A stretch of 32,000 nt of DNA from Opitutales bacterium (GCA_965219535.1 CBDCNV010000001.1:1590001-1622000), one strand, 5' to 3'; counted from the first letter of the stretch, positions 17,658 through 26,278 are shown. Notes: generated by a model from the letters alone, not told the origin. Numbers and translations: made by a program.

Positions 17658-17766
17658 ATGGTGGAACGCGCTGCCTGACGGCCATAGCCTTGGCGACGGC
17701 TGTTCCCAAGCGCGTTTAGTTAATTCGTAATAGAAGAAGCGTGCTAGGGACAGCCCGCTCCACCAT
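17658..17766. repeat. 109-bp imperfect palindromic element E1 with 37-nt conserved core
   Basis: The sequence runs atggtggaacgcgctg + cctgacggccatagccttggcgacggctgt + tcccaagcgcgtttag ... gaagaagcgtgctaggga cagcccgctccaccat. The core 17671-17707 is identical to 20014-20050. Confidence 0.75.
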
Positions 17767-17879
17767 GGGTTGCAAGATCTATTGCGTAATCTTATTTATA
17801 CCGATAACAATCAATGGTGTAATAATTTAATTGAAAACACACCCTTTAGGAGCGCGACATAATTAGTTTATCAAGCATT

Positions 17880-19913
17880 ATGAAGATAATCAATTTCAGC
17901 AACCGACGGACACCGATTAAGCTATTACTGATGGCGATCATTATCGCGGCGTTGGGCTGCAGCGGAAATAATAAATCTCCATCCACCGATCATTCGGATA
18001 CTCCAGGATGGACCGCTGTCAGTACGGAAGGTTTCAGTTTTATTTATCAGGGACCTCCAGTCACTACATTCAGTGAAGCGCCCGAACTGGCGACGCGTGT
18101 CGCTATGGGGGAATTGCCGCCGGTTGAAGATCGTTTACCGGAAGAGCCATTGATTATCCCGCCCATAGAACGCATTGGCCAATACGGGGGTACCTGGCGC
18201 CGCGGTTTTACGGGAATTGATACTAACAACATGGACCGGATAATCCATGATCACCTTATTTACTTTGATTTCGACGGCTATACCTTGATGCCCCACATCG
18301 CGAGTGGATGGGATGTCAGCGAGGACGGGACAGCATTCACTTTCTATCTGCGTAAGGGCATGAAGTGGTCTGATGGCGCTCCCTTCACAGCTGATGATTT
18401 CATCTTCGCCTTCGAAGAAATTATAATGAATGATGAGATAAATCCGACTAAACCTGCCCCCCTTAAAGTCGATGGGCAACTCTGCAGATGTGAAAAGCTA
18501 AATGAGAACACGGTTCGTTATACCTTTCATAAACCTAACTATGTGTTCATTGAGAATGTAGGTGGATTATCTGTTGCTGGCCAGTTTCATCGGGGAGGGA
18601 CATCACCACTCTATGCGCCACGACATTATTTAAAGCAGTTTCTCCCGAAGTATACCCCTTTAAGTGATCTGAAAAAAAGAGCGAAGGCGGCGGGGGATAG
18701 AAACTGGGTGACCTACTTCCAACGCATTGCTTCGCCCCACAAGAGCCGTGGTGTGCCGGTTGTAGGTCCCTGGAAGATGGTTACTCCGTTGACGAGTGAA
18801 GTTTACTCTTTAGAACGCAACCCCTATTACTTTGCCGTCGATCCAAGTGGGAATCAGCTTCCTTATATCGATAAGATAGTAATGCTTCTGTTCGAAGACG
18901 TGGAGCTGTTCAACACACGTGCCATTGCCGGAGAGGTGGATATGCAACATCGTCATATCCAGATAGACAAAGTCCCTATTCTCAAGCGTGAATCAGTCAA
19001 GGGTAACCATCGTGTACTCTTATGGCCTAACTTGGGTGGTTCTGACGCTATTATCTATGTAAACCAAACTTGGGAGGGAGATCCCGAAATAGAAAAATGG
19101 CTGAGGAACCGCGATTTCCGGATTGCCCTCTCGCTTGCTATAGATCGGGAGGAGATAAACGAATTGATTTTTTTGGGCATGGGAAAACCGAGGGCCTTTC
19201 TCCCGTTGCCGGATAACCCGTATTATCCCGGTCCAGAATATGAGAAAAAATATGCGGTTCGCAACTTGGAGCAATCCAACAAGATCCTCGATACACTCGG
19301 TTTGGATAAGAGAGATAGTGAAGGCTATCGTTTGCGTACCGATAACACAGGGCGTTTGAATATTACCGTTTCAGTGACGGCTCAGTCGTTTATTAATTTT
19401 GATGATATAGCTGAACTTCTCGTGAACCATTGGAATGATGTCGGTTTGGATATAAAATTAAGGATTGAAGGGGAAACTTACTATTCTAGACGCGAAGCGC
19501 AAAACGAACATCAACTCAGCATGTGGTTTTCTGGCGGTTCTGAAAACCCATGGACTTATGCTATTATGACCATACCCGTTTCTAACAGCTTCGCCCCTCT
19601 AGTTAGTAAATGGTATATAAATGACGGTCGAGAGGGCGTGGCACCGACTGGGGATCTTAAACGTTTGCTGGAAATATTTGAAGAAGGCAATAGCTTACCC
19701 AAAGAGATGCGCACGGAACTGGGAAAAGAATTATGGAGAATCCATTCAGACAATCTGTATGTAATAGGTACCGTCGGGCAGTCTCCAGCGATGAACGGGG
19801 TTGTCGTAGTAAAAAATAATTTTCGCAATGTTCCCGATGTCGCGCCCAACAGCGCCACCTTGCAATCACCGGGCGTTGCCCGTCCCGAACAATTCTTTTT
19901 TGAACAAGAGTGA
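17880..19913 (+). CDS. ABC-type substrate-binding lipoprotein, family 5, copy 3
   Basis: The 677-aa product has the lipobox AALGCSG and is colinear with copies 1 and 2. Confidence 0.85.
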   Translation: MKIINFSNRRTPIKLLLMAIIIAALGCSGNNKSPSTDHSDTPGWTAVSTEGFSFIYQGPPVTTFSEAPELATRVAMGELPPVEDRLPEEPLIIPPIERIGQYGGTWRRGFTGIDTNNMDRIIHDHLIYFDFDGYTLMPHIASGWDVSEDGTAFTFYLRKGMKWSDGAPFTADDFIFAFEEIIMNDEINPTKPAPLKVDGQLCRCEKLNENTVRYTFHKPNYVFIENVGGLSVAGQFHRGGTSPLYAPRHYLKQFLPKYTPLSDLKKRAKAAGDRNWVTYFQRIASPHKSRGVPVVGPWKMVTPLTSEVYSLERNPYYFAVDPSGNQLPYIDKIVMLLFEDVELFNTRAIAGEVDMQHRHIQIDKVPILKRESVKGNHRVLLWPNLGGSDAIIYVNQTWEGDPEIEKWLRNRDFRIALSLAIDREEINELIFLGMGKPRAFLPLPDNPYYPGPEYEKKYAVRNLEQSNKILDTLGLDKRDSEGYRLRTDNTGRLNITVSVTAQSFINFDDIAELLVNHWNDVGLDIKLRIEGETYYSRREAQNEHQLSMWFSGGSENPWTYAIMTIPVSNSFAPLVSKWYINDGREGVAPTGDLKRLLEIFEEGNSLPKEMRTELGKELWRIHSDNLYVIGTVGQSPAMNGVVVVKNNFRNVPDVAPNSATLQSPGVARPEQFFFEQE

Positions 19914-19920
19914 TAGGAAA

Positions 19921-19941
19921 TCAGGGTTCAGGGTTCAGGGT
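19921..19941. repeat. (TCAGGGT)3 heptamer tandem repeat
   Basis: There are three perfect units starting 8 nt after the SBP3 stop. Confidence 0.8.
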
Positions 19942-20000
19942 AGTCTCTTCATCTACCTAATAAATTTAAGTCAATATTTACATTCTATTTTATGCAGCCA

Positions 20001-20108
20001 ATGGTGGAGCGGGCTGCCTGACGGCCATAGCCTTGGCGACGGCTGTTCCCTAGCACGCTTCTTCAATTGCAACTTTCTAAAACGCGGTAGGGACACCGCG
20101 TTCCACCT
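20001..20108. repeat. 108-bp imperfect palindromic element E2 (inverted backbone relative to E1, same 37-nt core)
   Basis: The sequence runs atggtggagcgggctg + cctgacggccatagccttggcgacggctgt + tccctagcacgcttcttc ... ctaaaacgcggtaggga caccgcgttccacc. Confidence 0.75.
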
Positions 20109-20228
20109 TATTGGCTAACAATTCTATTGTCTCGTCCATGATGTCACCATCAAATCCTTTAGCGATTAATCACAGCGTTGACTAAAATTAATTAGCTTAA
20201 ATGATGGGGCGAAATTCAGGAGGACTCA

Positions 20229-21623
20229 ATGAATACTAGATACCTTGTTCTTGATTCACGCATAATCGAAAGTACGGTCAATGCAAAGCTTGCCGTCACG
20301 GCAGCGGAGAAGGACCCGCGCAACCCCCTCTTTGGTGAAGATAATCCGTGGGAGAAACGTTATGACAATCTTTACGCGAATGTCTTCTACGATGAGCAGG
20401 AGAATCTCTATAAAAGTTGGTACAGTCCTTTTATCGTCGATCAATCTTCTCGTGGCATGAAAATTGGAGAGCGCCAGAAAAAAAAGTATAAGCCTCAAAA
20501 AGGCAGGGAGATGGGGGTTTGTTATGCCACCTCCCAGGACGGCATTGTTTGGGACAGACCCAATTTAGGCTTAGTTGAATATGACGGGAGTGTGAATAAT
20601 AATATTGTTTATCGCGGGCCTCACGGCGCGTGCGTGATCAAAGACCTCAGTGAAAAAGAGGGCGCGAAGCGCTACAAGATGTTCACTTCATCAGGTCAAG
20701 CGAAGATGGCCATATCCTTTTCACCGGATGGCATTCAGTGGGACCCGATCACCGTATGTCCTGATATCAATCCCTATCGCGTTGACGGCACGCATTACAA
20801 CACGTTGTGGGTTGATGAACTCGGCGAGTGGGTGGGGTTTACGCGTATGCGCGATCAGCAGGAAATCGGATCGGATTCAATGAAAAAGCGCCACGGCGCG
20901 TGGCCACCTCGACAAGTGGGAAGATCGACCTCACAAGACTACATCCACTGGTCACAAGCGGTGCCTGTTATGGAAGGATTGAATGAAAACCTGCAGATCT
21001 ATTCGATGCCTGTTTTTCGCCATGGAAGTGTGTTTCTCGGATTACCGGTTATCCACAACCAGCGGAGTGATCGGGCATGGACTGAATTAGCGTGGAGTGC
21101 CGACACCGTTGAATGGCATCGCGTTTGCCCGGGTTCACCTTTGATAGCCAATAGCGATCCCATCGGCAGTTACGACTGGGGCTGTGCGTATTCATCTGCT
21201 TATCCGATTTTTCTCAAAAATGAAATACGTCTTTATTATGGCGCGAGTAACGGTCTGCATTTCGGCTGGCGCGATGGTTTTTTCTGTCTCGCAACTTTGC
21301 GGCCGGATGGTTTTGCCGGTTACGAGCAAAAATCTGATAAGAGACCTGCGTCTATCAACACCGCATCTTTTGAATGTATAGGTAATGAACTTCAGCTCAG
21401 TGCGGATATTCAGAGTGTTGGTTCGGTGAAAGTGAAGTTATTCGATCAATCTAACGAGCAGGTGCTCGCCGAAGGCGAACCCATCGAAGAGAATGTAACA
21501 GACGGCGTTGTTAAGTGGCAAAATGGATTTTCAATGGGGAGTGTCAAAGGTCACGCAGTTCACCTGCAATTTATAATTAACGCGGCGAAACTTTTTTCAT
21601 TCGGCTTTGACCTTTTTGATTGA
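20229..21623 (+). CDS. beta-propeller (Asp-box-like) glycoside-hydrolase-like protein, paralogue 2
   Basis: AGGAGG lies 5 nt upstream of the ATG. Blade motifs SQDGIVW, SPDGIQW, SQDYIHW and SADTVEW are present. The C-terminal tail is ...HLQFIINAAKLFSFGF. Confidence 0.6.
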   Translation: MNTRYLVLDSRIIESTVNAKLAVTAAEKDPRNPLFGEDNPWEKRYDNLYANVFYDEQENLYKSWYSPFIVDQSSRGMKIGERQKKKYKPQKGREMGVCYATSQDGIVWDRPNLGLVEYDGSVNNNIVYRGPHGACVIKDLSEKEGAKRYKMFTSSGQAKMAISFSPDGIQWDPITVCPDINPYRVDGTHYNTLWVDELGEWVGFTRMRDQQEIGSDSMKKRHGAWPPRQVGRSTSQDYIHWSQAVPVMEGLNENLQIYSMPVFRHGSVFLGLPVIHNQRSDRAWTELAWSADTVEWHRVCPGSPLIANSDPIGSYDWGCAYSSAYPIFLKNEIRLYYGASNGLHFGWRDGFFCLATLRPDGFAGYEQKSDKRPASINTASFECIGNELQLSADIQSVGSVKVKLFDQSNEQVLAEGEPIEENVTDGVVKWQNGFSMGSVKGHAVHLQFIINAAKLFSFGFDLFD

Positions 21624-21643
21624 ATCTTAAATTTAATTTACTA

Positions 21644-22552
21644 ATGATGCTCAAAGCAGAAGAAATAAACCGTTACGAAGAGGATGGTTGTCTGGTGTTG
21701 CGTCAGGTGCTCAATCCAGCGGATCTTGAGCCTTTACGCCAGTCGATCTCCGAATTTGTCGATCTGCAAATTCAGAAACTGCAGGCCGATGGAAAAGTTC
21801 GAGACCCTCACACTGAAGCTTCTTTCGAGAAGCGATGGGCGATCGTCTGTGAAGAAAATGATTTACAGAAGGGTGAAGATCGTGTCGCCCAATGGGGAGC
21901 GGGGAGTGGATTGCTCAACGAGGCGGTCTATAACCTGATCGCCGACCCGAGGCTAACTGACATCATGGCGTCTTTACTCGGTCCCGAAATCACCGCAAAT
22001 GGCGACTACTGGATCAGGCCAAAGGTTCCCGGTGACCCGATTACCACGCTCGCCTGGCATCAGGACAGCAACTATTACATCGGCAAGGGGGATAGTGCCA
22101 CCGTAGACGCGATGTCCGATCCAGGGGGGAAAGTACTGAACATGTGGGTGCCGCTTGTCGACGTCAACGAGCATAACGGCTGTCTCAAGCTCGTTCGCGG
22201 GAGCCATCGTCATGGAACTGTCGCTGCTCAAAGAAACGAATTGGGTCATTGGACCCCGGTCGAAGACGTGAGCCGATACGGGACAGTGGCCAATGAACCG
22301 ATGCAGCTCGGCGATGTGCTCATCTTTAACAATTTAACCTTGCACGCTTCAGGTAACAATGACTCCGACCATGTTCGCTGGAACATCGACCTGCGCTACT
22401 CACCAACCGGCCAAGCCGTTCATTGGCATAAACTGGGCGATAAGTTGGATTCAATTTTTCCAGGTTTCGTTGCCCGTAGCGACGACGCCACTAAAGTCAT
22501 GAGTTGGGAGCAATGGCAGGACAAGTGGAACAACAGGCCCGCCATAAATTAA
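21644..22552 (+). CDS. phytanoyl-CoA dioxygenase (PhyH) family Fe(II)/2-oxoglutarate dioxygenase
   Basis: The motifs are WHQDSNYY (HxD), NGCLKLVRGSHRHG and the distal His in LTLHASGNN. I prefer the start at ATG 21644 (MMLKAEEINRYEEDGCLVLRQ) by alignment with the paralogue at 27940; the track's TTG at 21620 overlaps the upstream stop. Confidence 0.85.
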   Translation: MMLKAEEINRYEEDGCLVLRQVLNPADLEPLRQSISEFVDLQIQKLQADGKVRDPHTEASFEKRWAIVCEENDLQKGEDRVAQWGAGSGLLNEAVYNLIADPRLTDIMASLLGPEITANGDYWIRPKVPGDPITTLAWHQDSNYYIGKGDSATVDAMSDPGGKVLNMWVPLVDVNEHNGCLKLVRGSHRHGTVAAQRNELGHWTPVEDVSRYGTVANEPMQLGDVLIFNNLTLHASGNNDSDHVRWNIDLRYSPTGQAVHWHKLGDKLDSIFPGFVARSDDATKVMSWEQWQDKWNNRPAIN

Positions 22553-22559
22553 TTACTTT

Positions 22560-23402
22560 ATGTCTAAAGAATCACACTGGAAACTTCGCACAGAAAACAA
22601 TTGCCTCTTTGTCGATGACGTATCAAACGGCAAGGTGGCAATACAGCACAATGCCCGCCCGGGTCTTCGACCTTACATTCACCCACTGCGTATGCGGGGA
22701 GGCGGTGTCTGCCTGACCGAGGATAGTCCCGGGCACCATCCCTGGCAACATGGTATCCAGACCGGTTTTCATGGAGTTAACGGCTGTGACTTTTGGTTCG
22801 ATCCCGGACAGCAACCCAATGTGGTGACTGGTACGATCGAACCCAGCGCGCCGTGTATTGCGAGCGAGGAACCGCCAAGCTGGAAGATCGAAGCGCTATG
22901 GCGGCATGCGGACGGCAGTGACCTCCTGGCAGAAGAGCAAAGTTGGTCCCTGCTCGAGGGCGAAACGCTACTGTTTTTAGATTTTGACTGGACGCTTCAA
23001 GCAATCCCCGATGTGAAAATAGAACAGCACGCTTACGGAGGTCTTTTTATTCGAATGCCATTTCGGCGGAGTAGTGGGGGCGATGTAATTAACGCCAGTG
23101 GCATGCGAGACGAAGATACTGAACAGCAGGCAGCAACCTGGGTAGACTTGCACATGCCAATAGAGAATAGCGAGAACGGCGCTGGCATCACGGTTTGTGA
23201 TCATCCCGAGAATACCAACCACCCCGCGCACTGGCGGGTGGACGGCAGTTGCGGAATCAACCCGGCGCCCTGTATTCCTGCTGAGATTGAGATGCCGACT
23301 GGAGCAAAATTGCGGCATCGCTACCGCCTGATCCTTCACGACGGACCGCTTCCACCCGAGCAGATCGAAAAACAGTGGGCGACATATGCGCGTGTTGGGT
23401 AA
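22560..23402 (+). CDS. DUF6807 / PmoA-family protein (function unknown)
   Basis: RPYIHPLRMRGGGVCLTEDSPGHHPWQHGIQTGFHGVNGCDFWF matches my memory of the family signature (KPY.HPL....G..LT...P.DH.HH.G.W.....VNG.DFW). Confidence 0.6.
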   Translation: MSKESHWKLRTENNCLFVDDVSNGKVAIQHNARPGLRPYIHPLRMRGGGVCLTEDSPGHHPWQHGIQTGFHGVNGCDFWFDPGQQPNVVTGTIEPSAPCIASEEPPSWKIEALWRHADGSDLLAEEQSWSLLEGETLLFLDFDWTLQAIPDVKIEQHAYGGLFIRMPFRRSSGGDVINASGMRDEDTEQQAATWVDLHMPIENSENGAGITVCDHPENTNHPAHWRVDGSCGINPAPCIPAEIEMPTGAKLRHRYRLILHDGPLPPEQIEKQWATYARVG

Positions 23403-23492
23403 TAAGGCAAAAGGGGAATCGATTATTCGTATTAGGGTTAATGAAGATATATAGATCAACCTGAAATTAATAGCTGTGACACCGATCTTCCT

Positions 23493-23532
23493 TTTTGACA
23501 TTTTGACATTTTGACATTTTGACCTTTTGACT
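23493..23532. repeat. (TTTTGACA)3-TTTTGACC-TTTTGACT tandem 8-mer array (candidate cis-regulatory element)
   Basis: There are five units ending 23 nt upstream of the ATG at 23556. The unit and the orientation relative to the downstream gene are the same as in the array at 13095-13126. Confidence 0.8.
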
Positions 23533-23555
23533 TTCCTGAAAGGAAAGATGAGAAA

Positions 23556-24578
23556 ATGAGATCTGTAATCTGTGTACACGAAAGATTTGATGCGATATGG
23601 CCGTTTGCTGCCGATTATTGGCACAAACGCTGGCAGCAGAATGGTGGTTGCGAGTTCTACCGCACCGAAGATCCTGCTGCATGTCCCTCTCAAATTGTGT
23701 CGGACCCCGCCTCAGTGCACCGTTTGGTGCTTCTAGGTTTGCCCGCGGGTCCCGAGGATCTCGAGCCCTTTGCCGCACTCGAGGAGTGCTACCAAGAATC
23801 CCAAAGCTACCCAAAATCCCAATTCAAATCAACTGCCAGGGGTATAGAAGAGGCAACCGCTCGCGGTGTGAGCTTTATTCCCCACCGGGTCGATGTCTAT
23901 TGGGGACAATCGGTGTCCGAATTTGGCCTCGCACTGACTCTCTGTGCGCTCCGTCGCATACCGCAGACCTACGCCGCGATGAAAGAAAGTCTCAAACCCT
24001 GGGACTATATTCCAGAGGTGGGAAAACCGGGGCAGCGCGGTGCGCAATTTGGAGATGATATCCGCTTTACCAATGGCACGTTGGCGGGCAAAAGGGTGCG
24101 CGTAGTCGGGGCAGGAAATATCGGGGCCCGTTATTCATCTTTTTGCACAGCGTTGGGCGCACAGGTAGCAATATGGGATCCCTATGCACCCGATGCCTCT
24201 TTTGTTGTCGCCGGTGCCGAACGCTGCTTCCATTTATCTGAACTGGTAAAAGATTCAGAAATTTTTGTACCCATGGTGCCTCTAAAAGATGATACCCGCG
24301 GTTTAGTAACCGCTGAGTTGATTGATGCACTACCACATGGAAGCTTGGTCGTGCAGGTGACACGGGCCGCGGTTTGCGACACCGACGCCCTCTATCGACG
24401 CGTATTGAACGATGAGCTTGCGCTCGCCGCCGACGTTTTTAAACCCGAACCTGTGGCACTGGATTCCCTCTTGCTTGGTCGGGACAACGTGGTGCACACA
24501 CCACACAACGCCGGTCGAACAATCGATGCGAATCATGCCTGGGTAAAAGATTTGATTTCCCGATTCAAATCACGCTAA
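23556..24578 (+). CDS. D-isomer-specific 2-hydroxyacid dehydrogenase-family NAD(P)-binding oxidoreductase
   Basis: The Rossmann motif RVRVVGAGNIGARY is present, together with VPMVPLKDDTRGLV, LAADVFKPEP and VVHTPHNAG. The N-terminal ~100 aa are atypical. Confidence 0.7.
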   Translation: MRSVICVHERFDAIWPFAADYWHKRWQQNGGCEFYRTEDPAACPSQIVSDPASVHRLVLLGLPAGPEDLEPFAALEECYQESQSYPKSQFKSTARGIEEATARGVSFIPHRVDVYWGQSVSEFGLALTLCALRRIPQTYAAMKESLKPWDYIPEVGKPGQRGAQFGDDIRFTNGTLAGKRVRVVGAGNIGARYSSFCTALGAQVAIWDPYAPDASFVVAGAERCFHLSELVKDSEIFVPMVPLKDDTRGLVTAELIDALPHGSLVVQVTRAAVCDTDALYRRVLNDELALAADVFKPEPVALDSLLLGRDNVVHTPHNAGRTIDANHAWVKDLISRFKSR

Positions 24579-24595
24579 ATGAGAGGAAATTGATT

Positions 24596-25450
24596 ATGTC
24601 CATTTTAAGGCCTGAGGAAGCGCTGTGCAAACGCAATGAGCTGGTAGATATGGGTTATACCATTCTGCCTGGTATGATGCCGGAATCTCTGCTTAATGAA
24701 TTAAGCGACTGGTCTGCTGAACGATTGCCGAAGATTAAAATTGACGATAGGATACGCTATCAGGGTAGCGATATTTTTGTATTTACAGAGCGCCAGTGGG
24801 AAAAAACAAATGGTAAACCCATGAAGGGTGATCATCCCCACTTCAAAGATCCGATTGCCGAAAAAGTGATAGATTTACCAGCCCAACTGGAGGTCTGCCG
24901 ACAACTCGGCTTGGAAAATCTTAAATCCGATGGGTCTCTCATCATTTTATCCAAACCCGGTCATGGGCCGCCCTTGTATTGGCATCAGGATTTTATGGAT
25001 TGGAACAGTCCCCAAGCGGCAACACCCTGGCCGACCAAGATTTTTCTCTCCTATTACCTGACGGATACGACGCGTGAAAATGGCTGCCTACGCGTCATTC
25101 CCGGCAGCCATCGCAAACGTCACCCTTTACATGATCTTTTACCCGATGCCCATGACGCTGAACTCCAGGCTATCGATGATCTCTCACATCCTGCTTTTGC
25201 TGACTATCCCGATGCCATTGACGTCCCGCTCAAAGCGGGAGATTTGATTATTGCCGATGCACGTCTCATGCACTCAGCCTGGCCGAATCAAACCGCAGAA
25301 CGCCGAACATTGATGTTGGCCTGGCACGATGTCTTTCAATTTCCCGAGCCCCCAAGCTGGTGGACGCGCGCTATCCCCGAGTGTGTAAAAAATGTTGATC
25401 CCAACGCCCAATATGAACGCTCCCGAACACCGACTCACTATATCGCATAA
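24596..25450 (+). CDS. PhyH-family Fe(II)/2-oxoglutarate dioxygenase
   Basis: The motifs are YWHQDFMDW (HxD), NGCLRVIPGSHRKRH and ARLMHSAWPN. The ATG at 24596 has GAGAGG about 9 nt upstream. Confidence 0.8.
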   Translation: MSILRPEEALCKRNELVDMGYTILPGMMPESLLNELSDWSAERLPKIKIDDRIRYQGSDIFVFTERQWEKTNGKPMKGDHPHFKDPIAEKVIDLPAQLEVCRQLGLENLKSDGSLIILSKPGHGPPLYWHQDFMDWNSPQAATPWPTKIFLSYYLTDTTRENGCLRVIPGSHRKRHPLHDLLPDAHDAELQAIDDLSHPAFADYPDAIDVPLKAGDLIIADARLMHSAWPNQTAERRTLMLAWHDVFQFPEPPSWWTRAIPECVKNVDPNAQYERSRTPTHYIA

Positions 25451-25483
25451 GGTATACTCCCGAAATACTTAGAAGTTAAACCC

Positions 25484-26278
25484 ATGTCGAAAGCAGGATT
25501 ACGCCATTTAACTGAAGACCAGTTGTTATCATTTATAACAAACGGCTTTCTTATTGTCGAAGATGTTCTATCGCCGGACGAAGTCAAAGTGTTGTCAGAA
25601 CGATGCGATATGATTGCCGCCGGTGAAGCCGATCATATCCCGGAAACCAGCCTTCAACTTGAGCAGGTATTTCGCGAGGGTGAAAAGCAGGTTGAAAATC
25701 AAGTGCTCTCTACGCGTAAATTATATGATATTGCCGTTTATGATCCGGTGATGTGGCAGCATGTAGTGCATCCAAAAATTGTCACTATCATTACCGATCT
25801 GCTCGGCTGTAAGGATATCAAATTGTACGGGGACCAATTGTTTATGAAACCGCCAGAAGTGGGAACGGAAGTGCCCTGGCACCAGGATTCGGCGTCGTGG
25901 CGCGATATTTTCCCCATGGAGTTAGTCAGTGCCTGGACGGCGATTGACGAAGCGACCGAAGAAAACGGCTGTCTCACTTATGTACCGGGCACACATCGCT
26001 GGGGGATGATGCACAAGAATAAAGTGCAATGGTTTTCATCGGATTTTGGTAATGATCAATGGCCCGTCATCTCAGCAACTATGAAACCGGGCAGTATTAG
26101 TTTTCACCATAGTTTAACGCTTCATCGGACCTCTGCTAATCTCTCGGGCAAACGACGACGAGGTTACTCAGTTCACTATATGCGCGCTACCTCCAGGAAA
26201 GATGAATCAGTCACCGATGCGCCAAAAATGCCTCCGTTTAAGCAAGTGTGTGGCCGATCTTTCGAGGATTGTGTGTAA
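25484..26278 (+). CDS. PhyH-family Fe(II)/2-oxoglutarate dioxygenase
   Basis: The motifs are PWHQDSASW (HxD), NGCLTYVPGTHRWG and FHHSLTLHRTSAN. Confidence 0.8.
   Translation: MSKAGLRHLTEDQLLSFITNGFLIVEDVLSPDEVKVLSERCDMIAAGEADHIPETSLQLEQVFREGEKQVENQVLSTRKLYDIAVYDPVMWQHVVHPKIVTIITDLLGCKDIKLYGDQLFMKPPEVGTEVPWHQDSASWRDIFPMELVSAWTAIDEATEENGCLTYVPGTHRWGMMHKNKVQWFSSDFGNDQWPVISATMKPGSISFHHSLTLHRTSANLSGKRRRGYSVHYMRATSRKDESVTDAPKMPPFKQVCGRSFEDCV

Noticed and set aside
17671-17707. Small self-cleaving ribozyme (hammerhead-like CUGA...GA core) in the conserved 37-nt core.
   Set aside because: The core reads cugacgg, not CUGANGA. I could find no matching GAAA / cleavage-site helix arrangement.
17733-17766. 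tRNA or tRNA-like 3' end, because the arm ends in ...cccgctccacca(t), and its complement tggtggagcggg starts E2.
   Set aside because: There is no T-loop (GTTCRANYC) or D-arm, and no cloverleaf can be drawn. The sequence is one arm of a long palindrome.
13180-19913. Calling the locus a complete ABC importer (Opp/Dpp operon) and naming the ligand as peptide or nickel.
   Set aside because: Only substrate-binding proteins are present; no permease or ATPase ORF exists in the window. Family-5 SBPs bind peptides, metals or oligosaccharides, so specificity cannot be read from the sequence.
22977-23693. 238-aa minus-strand ORF spanning the end of the DUF6807 gene, the 8-mer array and the start of the dehydrogenase gene.
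   Set aside because: It is antisense to two well-supported genes, low-complexity and repeat-encoded in its middle, and has no recognisable motif. It is a likely spurious ORF.
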